Positions 38,825-49,118 of a stretch of 64,000 nt of DNA are shown one piece after another. Both the position numbers and the translations under genes were made by a program. This DNA comes from Anaerolineales bacterium (lineage in GTDB: Bacteria > Chloroflexota > Anaerolineae > Anaerolineales > E44-bin32), in the NCBI GenBank assembly GCA_034430595.1, contig DAOUEL010000019.1, positions 14,040 through 78,039 of the forward strand, given 5' to 3'. Within the stretch, counting starts at the first letter, position 1; each line of letters starts with the position of its first letter. The notes beneath the pieces are model-generated. The model was given only the letters and a program-made list of their open reading frames with translations, made no database searches and had not been told where the DNA came from.

Positions 38825-40747
38825 ATGAAGAGTGAGTTTGCCCTGGCCTTTAATGAAATCAGCGAACGTTTTGGCCTCCCGCGCGATACCGTAATGGAAG
38901 CGCTGGAAGCGGCCATGATCTCCGCGTACCGGCGAGCGGTCAATGCTTCGAACGCACAGAATGTCGAAGTCAAGATCGATCCCGAGACCGGCGACGTCGA
39001 GGTTTTCGTTGAGAAAGAGGTCGTGGACGAGGTTCAAAACCTGCAGACCGAAGTCGAAGAGGCGCGGGCGCACTTATTCGACCCTGAAGCCCAGATGGGC
39101 GATATGGTCATGGTGGAGGCAACTCCAGAAGACTTCGGCCGAGTAGCTGCCCAGACCGCCAAGCAGGTCATCCTGCAGCGCCTGCGCGAAGCCGAACGGG
39201 ATGCCCAGTACGAGGAGTTCATTGAACGCGAAGGCGACATGGTGCACGGCACGGTGCATTCGATTACGCCCTCCGCGGTCACGGTCGGTCTTGGCCGAGC
39301 GGAAGCGATTTTGCCCCGCAACCAGCAAATTCCCGGTGAGCACTTCCGCGTGCGTGACCGCATCCGAACCTACGTCCTTGAAGTCCGGAAATCCCCACGC
39401 GGCCCGGTCATCGTTGTTTCGCGCACTCATCCACATATGCTGCGCCGCTTACTTGAGATGGAAGTGCCCGAAATTAACCAGGGCCTGGTGGAAATCAAAG
39501 CGATTGCACGTGAGGCTGGCAAGCGCGCCAAGGTCGCGGTTGCAGCCCTGCGGGACGGGGTCGATCCGGTCGGGGCTTGCGTTGGCCTGCGCGGGGTTCG
39601 AATTCAGTCCATTGTGCGCGATTTGAACGATGAGAAAATTGATGTCATCGAGTGGAATCCTGATCCGGCAACGTTCATCGCCAAGGCTCTCAGCCCGGCA
39701 CGCGTATCCGGCGTGTATCTTGACGAGCATCCCGATCGTGGCAAGACGGCCATGGTCGTTGTTCCAGAAGATCAATTAAGTCTGGCCATCGGCCGTGCAG
39801 GCGTCAATGCCCGCTTGGCGGCCAAGTTGACCAGCTGGCGGATCGATATTAAGAGCCTGCAAGAGGCAGCTACCGACTCGCTCAATCGCCTGGTTACCGA
39901 TCCAGCTTTCGCCGAGTTTGCGGAACTGGAAACCGAAGCCATGGCGAAGATCGAGGGCATTCTGGCTAAAAAGGAAGAAGGCCGCCCGATCACCCCGGAA
40001 GAATACAGCTCGATGACCTCCTTCGTCGATCGGGTGCAGAAGGAAATCGAATCGCGGCGTGATGAACGGCGCCAGGAGGCCCTGGACCGGCTGGCCGAAG
40101 TGCGGGATACCTTCCCGGCCACGGCCTACGACGTGAACCTGGAAGACGTTGGGCTTTCAACTCGGGTCTTCAACTTGCTCACAGAAGGTGGCTATAAGAC
40201 TGCCGGAGAGGTCCTCGAACAGCTTGGCATCAATGAAGATGCGATCCTCGGCCTGTCTGGCTTTGGCCCGAAGTCGCTGCAGGAATTGAAAGACAGCCTG
40301 GCTGCGTATGATTACCCGCTGGTCGAAGAACCTGTCGCGGAGGGTGAAACCGAGGCCGTCGCAGAGGAGGCGGAGGTTGAAGCTGGGCTGGAGGGGGAGG
40401 TCGAGGCAGAAGCCGAAGCCGAGCCCGAAATGGTAGAGGCTGGCGAGGCCGAAGCCGCGATTGAGGTGCCGCTAGAGGTTGGTACCGAAGCCGGTGAGGC
40501 AGAGAAAGAGCCAGAAGTCGCCATTGCACCGGACGCAATTGGGGAGACATTTGAAGAGCTGATTGAAGAATTCTCCAAGAAAGTCCCTCAGCTAGATGAG
40601 GAAGAAGAACTGGACGAGGAAGAAATCGCGCGACGCAAGAAGGAAAAGAAACGCAAGACGCGCGTTGTTGAATATGATCCGGAGCTGGGCGAGATGGTCG
40701 TGAAGCGCCGCCGCAAGCGCGATGACTTTGGAGAATGGGAAGGCTGA
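38825..40747 (+). CDS. nusA: Transcription termination/antitermination factor NusA with long acidic-then-basic C-terminal extension
   Basis: NusA N-terminal domain, S1, two KH domains (GACVGLRGVRIQ, IGRAGVNARLA), an HhH region, then an E/A-rich tract and KKEKKRK..KRRRKR. Confidence 0.9.
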   Translation: MKSEFALAFNEISERFGLPRDTVMEALEAAMISAYRRAVNASNAQNVEVKIDPETGDVEVFVEKEVVDEVQNLQTEVEEARAHLFDPEAQMGDMVMVEATPEDFGRVAAQTAKQVILQRLREAERDAQYEEFIEREGDMVHGTVHSITPSAVTVGLGRAEAILPRNQQIPGEHFRVRDRIRTYVLEVRKSPRGPVIVVSRTHPHMLRRLLEMEVPEINQGLVEIKAIAREAGKRAKVAVAALRDGVDPVGACVGLRGVRIQSIVRDLNDEKIDVIEWNPDPATFIAKALSPARVSGVYLDEHPDRGKTAMVVVPEDQLSLAIGRAGVNARLAAKLTSWRIDIKSLQEAATDSLNRLVTDPAFAEFAELETEAMAKIEGILAKKEEGRPITPEEYSSMTSFVDRVQKEIESRRDERRQEALDRLAEVRDTFPATAYDVNLEDVGLSTRVFNLLTEGGYKTAGEVLEQLGINEDAILGLSGFGPKSLQELKDSLAAYDYPLVEEPVAEGETEAVAEEAEVEAGLEGEVEAEAEAEPEMVEAGEAEAAIEVPLEVGTEAGEAEKEPEVAIAPDAIGETFEELIEEFSKKVPQLDEEEELDEEEIARRKKEKKRKTRVVEYDPELGEMVVKRRRKRDDFGEWEG

Positions 40748-40797
40748 GCCTCCCCAACCCACCGGATATGAAACGGGTTCAAACCCGATGATGGATC

Positions 40798-41094
40798 ATG
40801 TCCGCTCGTAAGCCTGTGCGCCGTCGGCACGTTCCGCAGCGAACCTGCGTCGGATGCCGGCAAACACTCGCTAAACGAGAGCTGATCCGGATTGTACGAA
40901 GTCCGGAAGGCGTCGAGATAGATCCAAGCGGCAAGCTGCCTGGCCGTGGGGCTTATATACACGAACAGCGATCCTGCTGGAAGAAAGCACTTTCCGGATC
41001 GTTAGCCAGGGCACTTCGCGCAGAGATTGATGCGAGCTCGCGCCAGGCACTTGAAGAACATATGAATAAGCTTACAGACGAGCAAAATGGCTGA
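40798..41094 (+). CDS. ylxR: YlxR/RnpM (DUF448) family RNA-binding protein
   Basis: PQRTCVGCRQ..KRELIRIV..GRGAYI signature, in the conserved position between nusA and infB. Confidence 0.85.
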   Translation: MSARKPVRRRHVPQRTCVGCRQTLAKRELIRIVRSPEGVEIDPSGKLPGRGAYIHEQRSCWKKALSGSLARALRAEIDASSRQALEEHMNKLTDEQNG

Positions 41095-41211
41095 AGCAGA
41101 TGCTTTCGCTATTTTTCGCCGGTGTGAGTCCGACTTGAACAGTTCCCCGTAGTTTACCCCTGGGCTGACTCGTTCGGCAACGCCGGAGTGCTCGTGTGCC
41201 GGAGGTGCTTT

Positions 41212-43005
41212 ATGAGCGAGAACGGCCATAAAACGATCGAAATCCCCACCACCGTTACCGTCCGTGAGCTGGCGACCATGATCGATGCCAGCCCGATCGA
41301 CGTGATCAAGCAATTGATGGCGAATGGTGTGATGGCGAACATCAACCAGATGATCGACTTCGACACCGCTGCAATTGTGATCGGCGAGCTTGGCTTTGAA
41401 GCCAAGCCGATGGAACTGCCTGATGCCGAAGCCGCCGAGGACGAGAACGCGCTACCGCGCTGGCGGCAGTTGATCGAAGACGAGGATCCTAAATCCCTCA
41501 AGGACCGCGCGCCGGTAGTTACCGTGCTGGGGCACGTCGACCATGGCAAGACGACGCTGCTCGATGCGATTCGCTCGACGAATGTCGCCGGCGGTGAAGT
41601 CGGAGGCATCACGCAGCACATCGCTGCCTACCAGATCACTCATAACGGCAGGCCAATCACCTTTCTCGATACCCCCGGTCATGCTGCGTTTACCGCGATG
41701 CGGGCGCGCGGCGCGCAGGGCGCGGATATCGCCGTCCTGGTCGTGGCCGCCGATGATGGTGTCATGCCGCAGACCAGGGAAGCGCTAGCGCACGTGCGTG
41801 CAGCGCGAGTGCCGGTCCTAGTTGCGTTGAACAAAATTGATCGTCCTAACGCCAATCCTGAAAAGGTCAAGCAGGAGCTAGCCGACGTCGGCTTGATTCC
41901 CGATGATTGGGAAGGCGAGACGATGGTCGTGCCCGTTTCAGCCAAGGAGCGCACCGGCCTGGAAGACCTGCTGGAGGCGATCCTGCTCGTGGCTGATTCG
42001 ACCGCTATCAAGGCCAATCCCAAGGGCAAGGTGCTTGGAACAGTCATCGAAGCCGAACTGGATAAATCAAAGGGAGTAGTGGCGACGCTGTTAGTGCAGA
42101 ACGGCACCCTGGAAACCGGTGACGCCGTCCTGGTTGGCACTGCGCACGGCAATGTCCGTGCGATGTTTGATTTCCAGGGCAACCCGATCGAAGCGGCCGG
42201 GCCTTCCACGCCAGTTTCAGTTCTCGGCTTATCAGACGTTCCCAAGGCAGGCGAGCTCTTCACGGTTGTTGAGAGTGACCGCGAGGGTCGTGCGCTGGCC
42301 AGTGAGCGGCGCGAGGAGCTCGTACAAAGCGGGCGCCAGCCACGTCCGGCTGCAACTCTTGAATCGGTCTTTGAAGCCTTTCAAGCTGGCGAGGCGCAGG
42401 AACTGCGGCTGGTCATCAAAGCGGATGTTCAGGGGTCGCTGGAACCGATCACGAATTCCTTGAGCGACTTGAGCGCTGGTGAAATCACCGTCAACATCTT
42501 GCATGCCGGAACCGGTAACATCAGCGAATCAGATGTAATGCTGGCGGCTGCCTCCGGTGCGGTGGTGATCGGCTTTAACGTGACCGCCGACCAGGCTGCA
42601 CGTATGGCAGCCGATGCCGAGGTGATTGACATTCGTTTGTACGACATCATCTACCGGCTGACCGAGGACGTGGAAAAGGCAATGAAGGGGATGCTCGAGC
42701 CTGAAACCCGCAAAGTGCTGCTCGGACGTGCACAGGTGCTGGAAGTGTTTCGAATTCCGAAGATCGGTAATATCGCCGGTTGTAAGGTGACGGAGGGCGA
42801 GCTGCGCCGGAACGCGGGCATGCGGGTCGTACGTGACGGGAAGGTGCTCTTTGACGGCTCGATTTCATCTCTGAAGCACGAGAAGGATGATGTGCGTGAA
42901 GTGCGTGAAGGTTTTGAATGCGGCGTTGGCTTGAAGAATTTCAACGAGTTTGAGCCCGGCGATGTCCTCGAGTGCTACGTTGAGGAAACCGTACCGGTAG
43001 CCTAA
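41212..43005 (+). CDS. infB: Translation initiation factor IF-2 (short N-terminus, 597 aa)
   Basis: [21 protein letters not shown], and C-terminal domains. The ATG at 41212 is preceded by GGAGGTG. Confidence 0.95.
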   Translation: MSENGHKTIEIPTTVTVRELATMIDASPIDVIKQLMANGVMANINQMIDFDTAAIVIGELGFEAKPMELPDAEAAEDENALPRWRQLIEDEDPKSLKDRAPVVTVLGHVDHGKTTLLDAIRSTNVAGGEVGGITQHIAAYQITHNGRPITFLDTPGHAAFTAMRARGAQGADIAVLVVAADDGVMPQTREALAHVRAARVPVLVALNKIDRPNANPEKVKQELADVGLIPDDWEGETMVVPVSAKERTGLEDLLEAILLVADSTAIKANPKGKVLGTVIEAELDKSKGVVATLLVQNGTLETGDAVLVGTAHGNVRAMFDFQGNPIEAAGPSTPVSVLGLSDVPKAGELFTVVESDREGRALASERREELVQSGRQPRPAATLESVFEAFQAGEAQELRLVIKADVQGSLEPITNSLSDLSAGEITVNILHAGTGNISESDVMLAAASGAVVIGFNVTADQAARMAADAEVIDIRLYDIIYRLTEDVEKAMKGMLEPETRKVLLGRAQVLEVFRIPKIGNIAGCKVTEGELRRNAGMRVVRDGKVLFDGSISSLKHEKDDVREVREGFECGVGLKNFNEFEPGDVLECYVEETVPVA

Positions 43006-43015
43006 GGAGCCAAAT

Positions 43016-43399
43016 ATGCCCAGCCAGGCACGCGCCCGACGGCTCGGGGAACGTATCCAGGAAGAACTGGCTGATATCCTGATGCGTCAAGCCTCTGACC
43101 CACGCTTGCAGTCGATCACAATCACCGGCGTCGATGTAGATCGAGAGCTGGCTTTTGCGACGGTTTACATCACCGCAACCGATGCTGAGGACCGGGCGAA
43201 AGAGGTGCTTGAAGGCCTTGAGAGTGCACGCGGTTTTCTGCGCAGCCAACTTGCAGCCCGCATTCAACTGCGGAGTTTTCCGCAGCTGCGCTTCCGCTGG
43301 GACCTCACACAGATACGCGCCGCCCGCATTGAGGAACTGCTCGAGCAGATCCAGGACGAGAAGGACGACGTAGACGATGGCGGACCCCGGGAAACCTGA
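43016..43399 (+). CDS. rbfA: Ribosome-binding factor A
   Basis: RRLGERIQEELADIL..ITGVDVDRELAFATVY..LRFRWD pattern, in the operon position after infB. Confidence 0.9.
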   Translation: MPSQARARRLGERIQEELADILMRQASDPRLQSITITGVDVDRELAFATVYITATDAEDRAKEVLEGLESARGFLRSQLAARIQLRSFPQLRFRWDLTQIRAARIEELLEQIQDEKDDVDDGGPRET

Positions 43400-44345
43400 A
43401 CAGGCCCAGATCAAGGGGGAGCTGGAGACCGCACAGAATATCACCATCGTGACGCACGAACGACCGGATGGGGATGCCGTGGGTTCGCTGCTGGGATTGG
43501 CGCGTTCACTGCAGCTGGCAGGGAAACATGTCCAGCCGGTGCTGCGGGATGGACTGCCGGGCCGTTTCGCATTCCTTCCCGGTGCTGCACAGGTGACAGG
43601 AAAACTCCCCTCCGCCACCGATCTCATGATCCTGGTCGACTGCTCAGAAGCCAATCGGACTGGTTTTAGTGTGATGGATCTCCCTCGACCGGTCGACCTG
43701 AACATCGACCATCATCCAACCAATACGATGTTTGGCCGGTTCAATCTGGTCGAGGCGCAGCGCGCTGCGACCACCGAGATTCTCAAGCTTCGGATCCCTA
43801 GCTGGGGGCTGCAGATCGACCAGGGCGTCGCAGAGTGCCTGCTGACAGGCCTCATTACAGACACAATCGGATTCCGGACGAACAGCGTCACCCCCGAAGT
43901 TTTATATGTTGCGGCAGACTTGATGCAGGCCGGTGCGAACCTGGGCAATATTTACGACCGGGCTCTCAACCGCCGCGACCTGGTCAGCATGCGCTATTGG
44001 GGGCGTGGCCTCTCTCGGCTGCAGCAGGCGGGTGGCATTGTGTGGACGGACCTGACCCTTGAAGACCGGCAAGCGGTTGGCTATCCCGGGCCTGATGATG
44101 CAGATTTGATCAATATTCTGACAACAGCTGATGATTACCAGGTCGCCCTGATTTTTGTCGAGCAGAGCGGGGGAGCGGTAAAGATAAGCTGGCGCTCGCA
44201 TCCAGGCGTGAATGTGGCCGAGATTGCCACCTCTTTTGGGGGTGGCGGTCATGCGCAGGCTGCAGGCGCCATGGTTCGCGGGTCTCTGGAAGATGTCGAA
44301 CGGCGTGTGCTCGAAGCGACACATCGGCATCTTGCCGGACGCTAA
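43377..44345 (+). CDS. nrnA: DHH/DHHA1 phosphoesterase (NrnA-type oligoribonuclease/pAp phosphatase)
   Basis: HERPDGDAVGS, DHHP and GGGGHAQAAG motifs. Length is 322 aa. Confidence 0.8.
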   Translation: MADPGKPEQAQIKGELETAQNITIVTHERPDGDAVGSLLGLARSLQLAGKHVQPVLRDGLPGRFAFLPGAAQVTGKLPSATDLMILVDCSEANRTGFSVMDLPRPVDLNIDHHPTNTMFGRFNLVEAQRAATTEILKLRIPSWGLQIDQGVAECLLTGLITDTIGFRTNSVTPEVLYVAADLMQAGANLGNIYDRALNRRDLVSMRYWGRGLSRLQQAGGIVWTDLTLEDRQAVGYPGPDDADLINILTTADDYQVALIFVEQSGGAVKISWRSHPGVNVAEIATSFGGGGHAQAAGAMVRGSLEDVERRVLEATHRHLAGR

Positions 44346-44360
44346 CAGGTCAAAGCAGAC

Positions 44361-45242
44361 ATGAATGATTTCGGCTTGATCATCGTCGACAAACCGATTG
44401 GACCTACTTCACACCGGGTGGTGAGTATCGTCCGTCAAGGGACTGGCATCCGCAAAGTCGGACACGCGGGTACGCTTGACCCACGTGCCTCAGGCGTGCT
44501 TGTGCTATGCCTCGGGGCTGCTACCCGTCTGAGTGAGTTCCTTTCAACGGATTCAAAGCGTTATGAGGCTGTGATTCGCTTCGGATCGAGCACCGAGACG
44601 TTCGATTCCGAAGGGGATATGGTACGCATTACGGGGGCGGCTCCCCGCATTGAGGATATTCGCGAAACACTACAGGAATTTAAGGGTGAGATCGTCCAGG
44701 TTCCTCCGCCGTACAGCGCGATCAAGATCCAGGGCAAGAAGGCTTACGAGCTGGCCCGCAAGGGTGAGGATGTTGAGCTCGAGCCGCGAACGGTAACAAT
44801 CTACGATCTGCTCTTTGTGGAATACCGCCCACCCGATCTTGTGATCGAAATTGAGTGCTCGGCAGGGACCTACATCCGCTCGATTGCCAACGACCTGGGT
44901 GAGCGCCTGACGACTGGAGCTCACCTGGCAGGTTTACGGCGCACCAAGGCCGGGGTATTTACACTGGAAGAGAGCGTCCCGTTGCCCGCGCTGGAGGTTG
45001 CACTGGCAGCGGGCAACTGGGATATGTACCGCCGGCCAGCGGCGGATGCACTTCCAGGCTTGCCGAAACTCGAACTTCGAGGCCAGGAATTGGAAGACAT
45101 TCTGAACGGACGTAGAATTCCATCCAATCAGGTTGTTTCCGGAATGGCGCGTGGTATTGGTCCCGATGGCGATTTGATCGCACTCCTGGAAGCCACTCCA
45201 GAAGGTGACCTGTGGCATCCACGAAAGGTGTTCAACCACTGA
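44361..45242 (+). CDS. truB: tRNA pseudouridine(55) synthase
   Basis: GLIIVDKPIGPTSH..VGHAGTLDPRASGVL catalytic Asp motif. Confidence 0.9.
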   Translation: MNDFGLIIVDKPIGPTSHRVVSIVRQGTGIRKVGHAGTLDPRASGVLVLCLGAATRLSEFLSTDSKRYEAVIRFGSSTETFDSEGDMVRITGAAPRIEDIRETLQEFKGEIVQVPPPYSAIKIQGKKAYELARKGEDVELEPRTVTIYDLLFVEYRPPDLVIEIECSAGTYIRSIANDLGERLTTGAHLAGLRRTKAGVFTLEESVPLPALEVALAAGNWDMYRRPAADALPGLPKLELRGQELEDILNGRRIPSNQVVSGMARGIGPDGDLIALLEATPEGDLWHPRKVFNH

Positions 45243-45247
45243 GCTCG

Positions 45248-46192
45248 ATGGAACACATACACGACCTGGCCGCGATCCATCTCGCAGAATCAGACCTGAC
45301 AATTGGTTCGTTCGACGGCGTTCACCTCGGTCATCAGCAGCTGGTACGCGAGCTGGTTGAAAAGGCGCATCAATCCGGTCGCCCGGCGGTTGTGCTGACC
45401 TTCTTCCCTCATCCTTCGGTTGTTCTGCGGGGACGGAAACCTTCCTTTTACATCAACACGCCTGACGAAAAAGCCGAAATCCTTGGAAGTTTGGGTGTCG
45501 ATTATGTTATTACACAGACATTCGGCCTGGAGCTTTCGCGTGTAGCCGCAGCGGATTTTCTCGATCGCTTGCAAACTTCACTGGGAATCCACAGCCTGTG
45601 GGTGGGTGAGGACTTTGCCCTCGGGCATAACCGGGAAGGCAACCGGGCGTATCTCGAACAGCAGGCGATAGAGCGAGGCTTTCAACTCCATGTTGTGCCC
45701 CCCTTTAAAGTCCAGGGCGAAATTGTCAGTTCAACCCGGGTTCGTGAAGCACTGCGCTCGGGCGCAGTTTCGCAGGTAGCGGCATATCTCGGAAGACCGT
45801 TCAAGCTGCCAGGAAGGGTCGTGCGCGGTGCAGGGCGCGGCCACAAACTGGGTTTTCCGACAGCGAATATTGAGATCTGGGATGAACGCGCTTATCCACG
45901 GGCGGGCGTATATGCCTGCTTCGCTCGTTGGGGCGAGGGGCAGGCTTCGGCCGTGACCAACATCGGGCACCGTCCGACCTTCGAAGCGGATGGTGGTCCA
46001 CCCACGATCGAAGCCCATCTACTCGATTACTCCGGGGAATTATACGGGGTCGAACTGAGCTTGTTCTTTCTCGCCCGCTTGCGGGATGAACGCCGTTTCC
46101 CGAACCCCCAGGCACTGATGGACCAAATTACGCAGGATATTCAGCGTGCCCGTGAGATCATCGCTGAGCGAAGGGAGGAGAACCATGCCTGA
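45248..46192 (+). CDS. ribF: Bifunctional riboflavin kinase / FMN adenylyltransferase
   Basis: IGSFDGVHLGHQ, LTFFPHP, and C-terminal GFPTANI..NIGHRPTF..EAHLLD kinase motifs. Confidence 0.9.
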   Translation: MEHIHDLAAIHLAESDLTIGSFDGVHLGHQQLVRELVEKAHQSGRPAVVLTFFPHPSVVLRGRKPSFYINTPDEKAEILGSLGVDYVITQTFGLELSRVAAADFLDRLQTSLGIHSLWVGEDFALGHNREGNRAYLEQQAIERGFQLHVVPPFKVQGEIVSSTRVREALRSGAVSQVAAYLGRPFKLPGRVVRGAGRGHKLGFPTANIEIWDERAYPRAGVYACFARWGEGQASAVTNIGHRPTFEADGGPPTIEAHLLDYSGELYGVELSLFFLARLRDERRFPNPQALMDQITQDIQRAREIIAERREENHA

Positions 46193-47609
46193 TGCCCGCC
46201 CACGTGAGATCTACCTGCTCCAACCGCGCCAGTTGAGCCCGGAAACCATCGCGGTGACCTTCGCAAAGACGTCGAGGTCACCGCAGTCCTTTCGTGAGAT
46301 TGCTGAGGAACTGACTGACGAAGCTTCTGCCCGCTTCCACGAGAAATGGGTCGTCGGCTACGGTCATGCTTCAGTGGCCGAGCATGCCGTTCTGCATATC
46401 GCCTTCGAGAACGTATCGCGCCTGGCGATCGAGAGCATCGAATCGAACCGCCTGGCTTCCTATACCGAGAAATCTACCCGCTATCAGATGTGGGATGCAC
46501 ATAGCTACTACGTTCCGATTGAGGTGCGAGGGACGGATTATGAGGGGCCATACCGGGACACCTGCGATGCCCTCTTTGCCGCCTACGCCGAGTCGCTGGA
46601 ACCCGTACGAAAAGTGGTGGAATCCAGGTTTCCCAGGAAAGAGGACGAAGCCGAGGGGCGGTACGAGGGACGGATTCGATCGAAATACGTCGATGTCTGC
46701 CGTTTCCTGCTGCCGTCGGCTGCGCTTGCCAACGTCGGCATGACCGCCAACGCCAGAGTGTTGGAACACGCCATCCGAAAGATGCTCAGCCACCCACTGG
46801 ATGAGGTTCGCCAGATTGGTGAGAGCGTCAAGCGTGCAGCCCAGGTTGAGACGCCGACCCTGGTCAAGTATGCCGAGCGGGTCCCTTATCTCGAACGGAG
46901 CGCATCCGCACTTGACACGCTGGCTCAGGGGCTGGCAGCGCAATCTGGTTCGGGCACCGTCCGTCTGCTCGACTATGAACCAGGGGCTGAGACACGCGTA
47001 CTTGCCGCCGCCCTTTTCGCCCACAGCAGCTGCAGTTACGATCACGCTCGGGCAGAGGTGGAGGCGATGGACCGGACCGAGCGTGAGGAATTCGCACGCA
47101 CACTGCTTGGCGATCTCGAACCATTCGACGACCCGCTTCGAGAGCTCGAGCACAGTACCTACACCTTCGAAGCCGTATTGGATCAAGGGGCTTACTTCGA
47201 ACTTAAGCGCCACCGCATGATGACCCAGACCCCTCAACGGCTCACGGCAGAGCTCGGGTTTGCAGTGCCCCGCTTGCTGACCGATGCTGGCTTTGAAACA
47301 CGCTACCGTGAAGCCATGGAGATGGCTGAAGAGGCATTCCGCCAACTCGAAGGGTGGAACCCATACGTTGCTGCCTACCTGGTGCCCAATGGTTTCAACC
47401 GGCGAGTGTTGATGACACTCAATCTGCGCGAAGCCTTTCACTTATGTGAGCTTCGTTCCGCGCCCAATGCCCATTTCTCAATTCGCCGGCTCGCGCTGCA
47501 GGTGGCGGAGCAGATTCAAGAAGTGCATCCATTGCTGGCCAAGTTCATGCGCCTGCCGGCCGACGTGGATTGGCGTGCGATCGAGCGCGAGTATTTCACG
47601 AAGTTGTAA
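46185..47609 (+). CDS. Long two-lobed ThyX-like flavin-dependent thymidylate synthase homologue
   Basis: The N-lobe has HASVAEH and SNRLASYTEKSTRY. The C-lobe has KRHRMMTQ and ELRS..AHFSIRR. GGGAGGAG SD. Length is 474 aa. Confidence 0.7.
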   Translation: MPDARPREIYLLQPRQLSPETIAVTFAKTSRSPQSFREIAEELTDEASARFHEKWVVGYGHASVAEHAVLHIAFENVSRLAIESIESNRLASYTEKSTRYQMWDAHSYYVPIEVRGTDYEGPYRDTCDALFAAYAESLEPVRKVVESRFPRKEDEAEGRYEGRIRSKYVDVCRFLLPSAALANVGMTANARVLEHAIRKMLSHPLDEVRQIGESVKRAAQVETPTLVKYAERVPYLERSASALDTLAQGLAAQSGSGTVRLLDYEPGAETRVLAAALFAHSSCSYDHARAEVEAMDRTEREEFARTLLGDLEPFDDPLRELEHSTYTFEAVLDQGAYFELKRHRMMTQTPQRLTAELGFAVPRLLTDAGFETRYREAMEMAEEAFRQLEGWNPYVAAYLVPNGFNRRVLMTLNLREAFHLCELRSAPNAHFSIRRLALQVAEQIQEVHPLLAKFMRLPADVDWRAIEREYFTKL

Positions 47610-47628
47610 AATTCAAGGTGCAGGAACC

Positions 47629-47664
47629 AAAACCCCGGACGCTATATGGCGTCCGGGGTTTTTT
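47629..47664. terminator. Bidirectional intrinsic terminator
   Basis: AAAA-CCCCGGACGC-tatatg-GCGTCCGGGG-TTTTTT between convergent genes. Confidence 0.8.
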
Positions 47665-47679
47665 GATCTGTTGGAATAC

Positions 47680-48357
47680 TCAGGCCAGCAATCCAAGCGC
47701 CATCAGCACTCCCAGTGTGAGCCCGAGTTGGGCCAGGTGGTAGGTGAGCATGGTCCAGAATCGCCCTTTTGGCAGGGCTTCGACAAACCGATCCCAGGCC
47801 AGCAGGCTGTCTGAAAGAAAGAAGAGGCCGCCACCGATCGCCGTGAGCCAGGCCGGACGTCCAATCCAGCCTGGACGCCAGAAGGTGGACAGCGTCGACC
47901 AGAAGGTCAATGCCAGTACAACTGCATAAACAGCCACGGGTGGAATAAGCTTCTGATTACTGCTTGCGCGCAGCCCGGCTGCGATGCGCCGGACCAGAAA
48001 AAGGGCCAGCAACACGATCAAGATTGCGAGCACAAGCAGAGATCCGTTGAAAATAATCCCGCCCAGGTTGAATGTGACGATGTAGGCTACATGTGCCAAG
48101 AAGAATGCCAGCAGCCCCTTGATGAACTGGCTGCGATCGAGCATCAGGAAGATATCGCCGGTGAGCGAGAACATGAGTCCAACCATAAACCAGGTACCGG
48201 CAGTTGGTGAGTGATCCGGTAAACGTGTCGCGAACCACAGGATGAGGAAGAGCATCGCACCCGGCTTGGCAATCCGCTCGAGCCTTGGGCGCGGTGTGAA
48301 AACGGCATACCAATTCAGGGGGGCAAAGATCGCGGCCAGTACGAGGAAGATCGTCAT
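47680..48357 (-). CDS. YhhN-family membrane protein (lysoplasmalogenase-like)
   Basis: Polytopic protein of about 225 aa with the pattern typical of YhhN (from memory). ATGA overlap with the upstream gene. Confidence 0.65.
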   Translation of the reverse strand: MTIFLVLAAIFAPLNWYAVFTPRPRLERIAKPGAMLFLILWFATRLPDHSPTAGTWFMVGLMFSLTGDIFLMLDRSQFIKGLLAFFLAHVAYIVTFNLGGIIFNGSLLVLAILIVLLALFLVRRIAAGLRASSNQKLIPPVAVYAVVLALTFWSTLSTFWRPGWIGRPAWLTAIGGGLFFLSDSLLAWDRFVEALPKGRFWTMLTYHLAQLGLTLGVLMALGLLA

Positions 48358-49118
48358 GAGGCTTTCTCCTGTTCACGTGCTTTGCGTCGCATACGCTGGC
48401 GGCGTAGCAGCGCCGTGCCGCCGACAAGAGATATCGCAGCGAACGAGAACCACTGGATCGCGTAACTCAGGTGAGGCCCGTTAGAAAGATCGGGCTCGAA
48501 GACCGGCAGCGGTTCGTCGCTTGAAGCCGGGGGTGGTGCAGTCTGCGCCAGGTAAAGTGGATAAAGCGGGTACGGCACCTGACCCTGGAGGCCATCCAGG
48601 TTCACGACGCGCCATGAAAGCAGGGCAGGTTCTCCTGGGGCAGGGGGTTTATCGGCGAGGAACGCCAAGGCTGGTTCGCGCTGCGAAGGCAGTAGCACGC
48701 CCTCGATCGTGAGACTACCAGAGAAGTCTCCAGCTAACTCTCGCGGGTCCGCCCCTAAGCCCTGTTCAAAGTCAATCCATCCTCGATCGACCAGTAACAC
48801 CTGCCCGCGATCCTCTACGATGAATGGAACAAGCAGATGGAAACCTGCCTGGTCGTTGTAAGGCTGATTCTCAAGCAAGATCGCCTGATCTTGATCGAAG
48901 CGGCCTGCTGCAGAAACTCGCCGGTAGGTTTGATCCTCCAGCGGGATCTCTGTCGGGAAATACAGAGTTGGACCAGCCAGGCGGGCTTTGATTTCGGCGT
49001 TCTTTTGCAGGCGTTGACCAAGCCGGTCAAGCTGCCAGATTCCCAGTCGAATACATACAGCAGCCACGGCCAATATCAGGATTAGCAGCAGGGTTTCACC
49101 CGGCGTAAGCTTCTTCAT
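48354..49118 (-). CDS. SURF1-family protein
   Basis: N-terminal TM followed by LGIWQLDRL, and a C-terminal HLSYAIQWFSFA plus TM. This is the classic SURF1/Shy1 signature. Confidence 0.8.
   Translation of the reverse strand: MKKLTPGETLLLILILAVAAVCIRLGIWQLDRLGQRLQKNAEIKARLAGPTLYFPTEIPLEDQTYRRVSAAGRFDQDQAILLENQPYNDQAGFHLLVPFIVEDRGQVLLVDRGWIDFEQGLGADPRELAGDFSGSLTIEGVLLPSQREPALAFLADKPPAPGEPALLSWRVVNLDGLQGQVPYPLYPLYLAQTAPPPASSDEPLPVFEPDLSNGPHLSYAIQWFSFAAISLVGGTALLRRQRMRRKAREQEKAS

Noticed and set aside
40330-40560. Short periodic DNA repeats (gaggc[ca]gaagcc-like units) that could be mistaken for a repeat array or CRISPR.
   Set aside because: They lie in frame inside nusA and encode the E/A-rich acidic tail. 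The units are about 12 nt with no spacers, and no cas genes are present.
46371-47441. A 356-aa ORF antisense to the thyX-like gene. Similar long antisense ORFs occur at 49308..50156 (+), 62369..63088 (+), 34036..34926 (+), 24510..25142 (-), 31768..32427 (-), 2492..3286 (-) and 3305..4009 (-).
   Set aside because: Each lies fully inside a gene with clear family motifs on the other strand. Their translations are Arg/Pro/Gly/Ala-rich low-complexity, as expected for stop-poor antisense frames in high-GC DNA.
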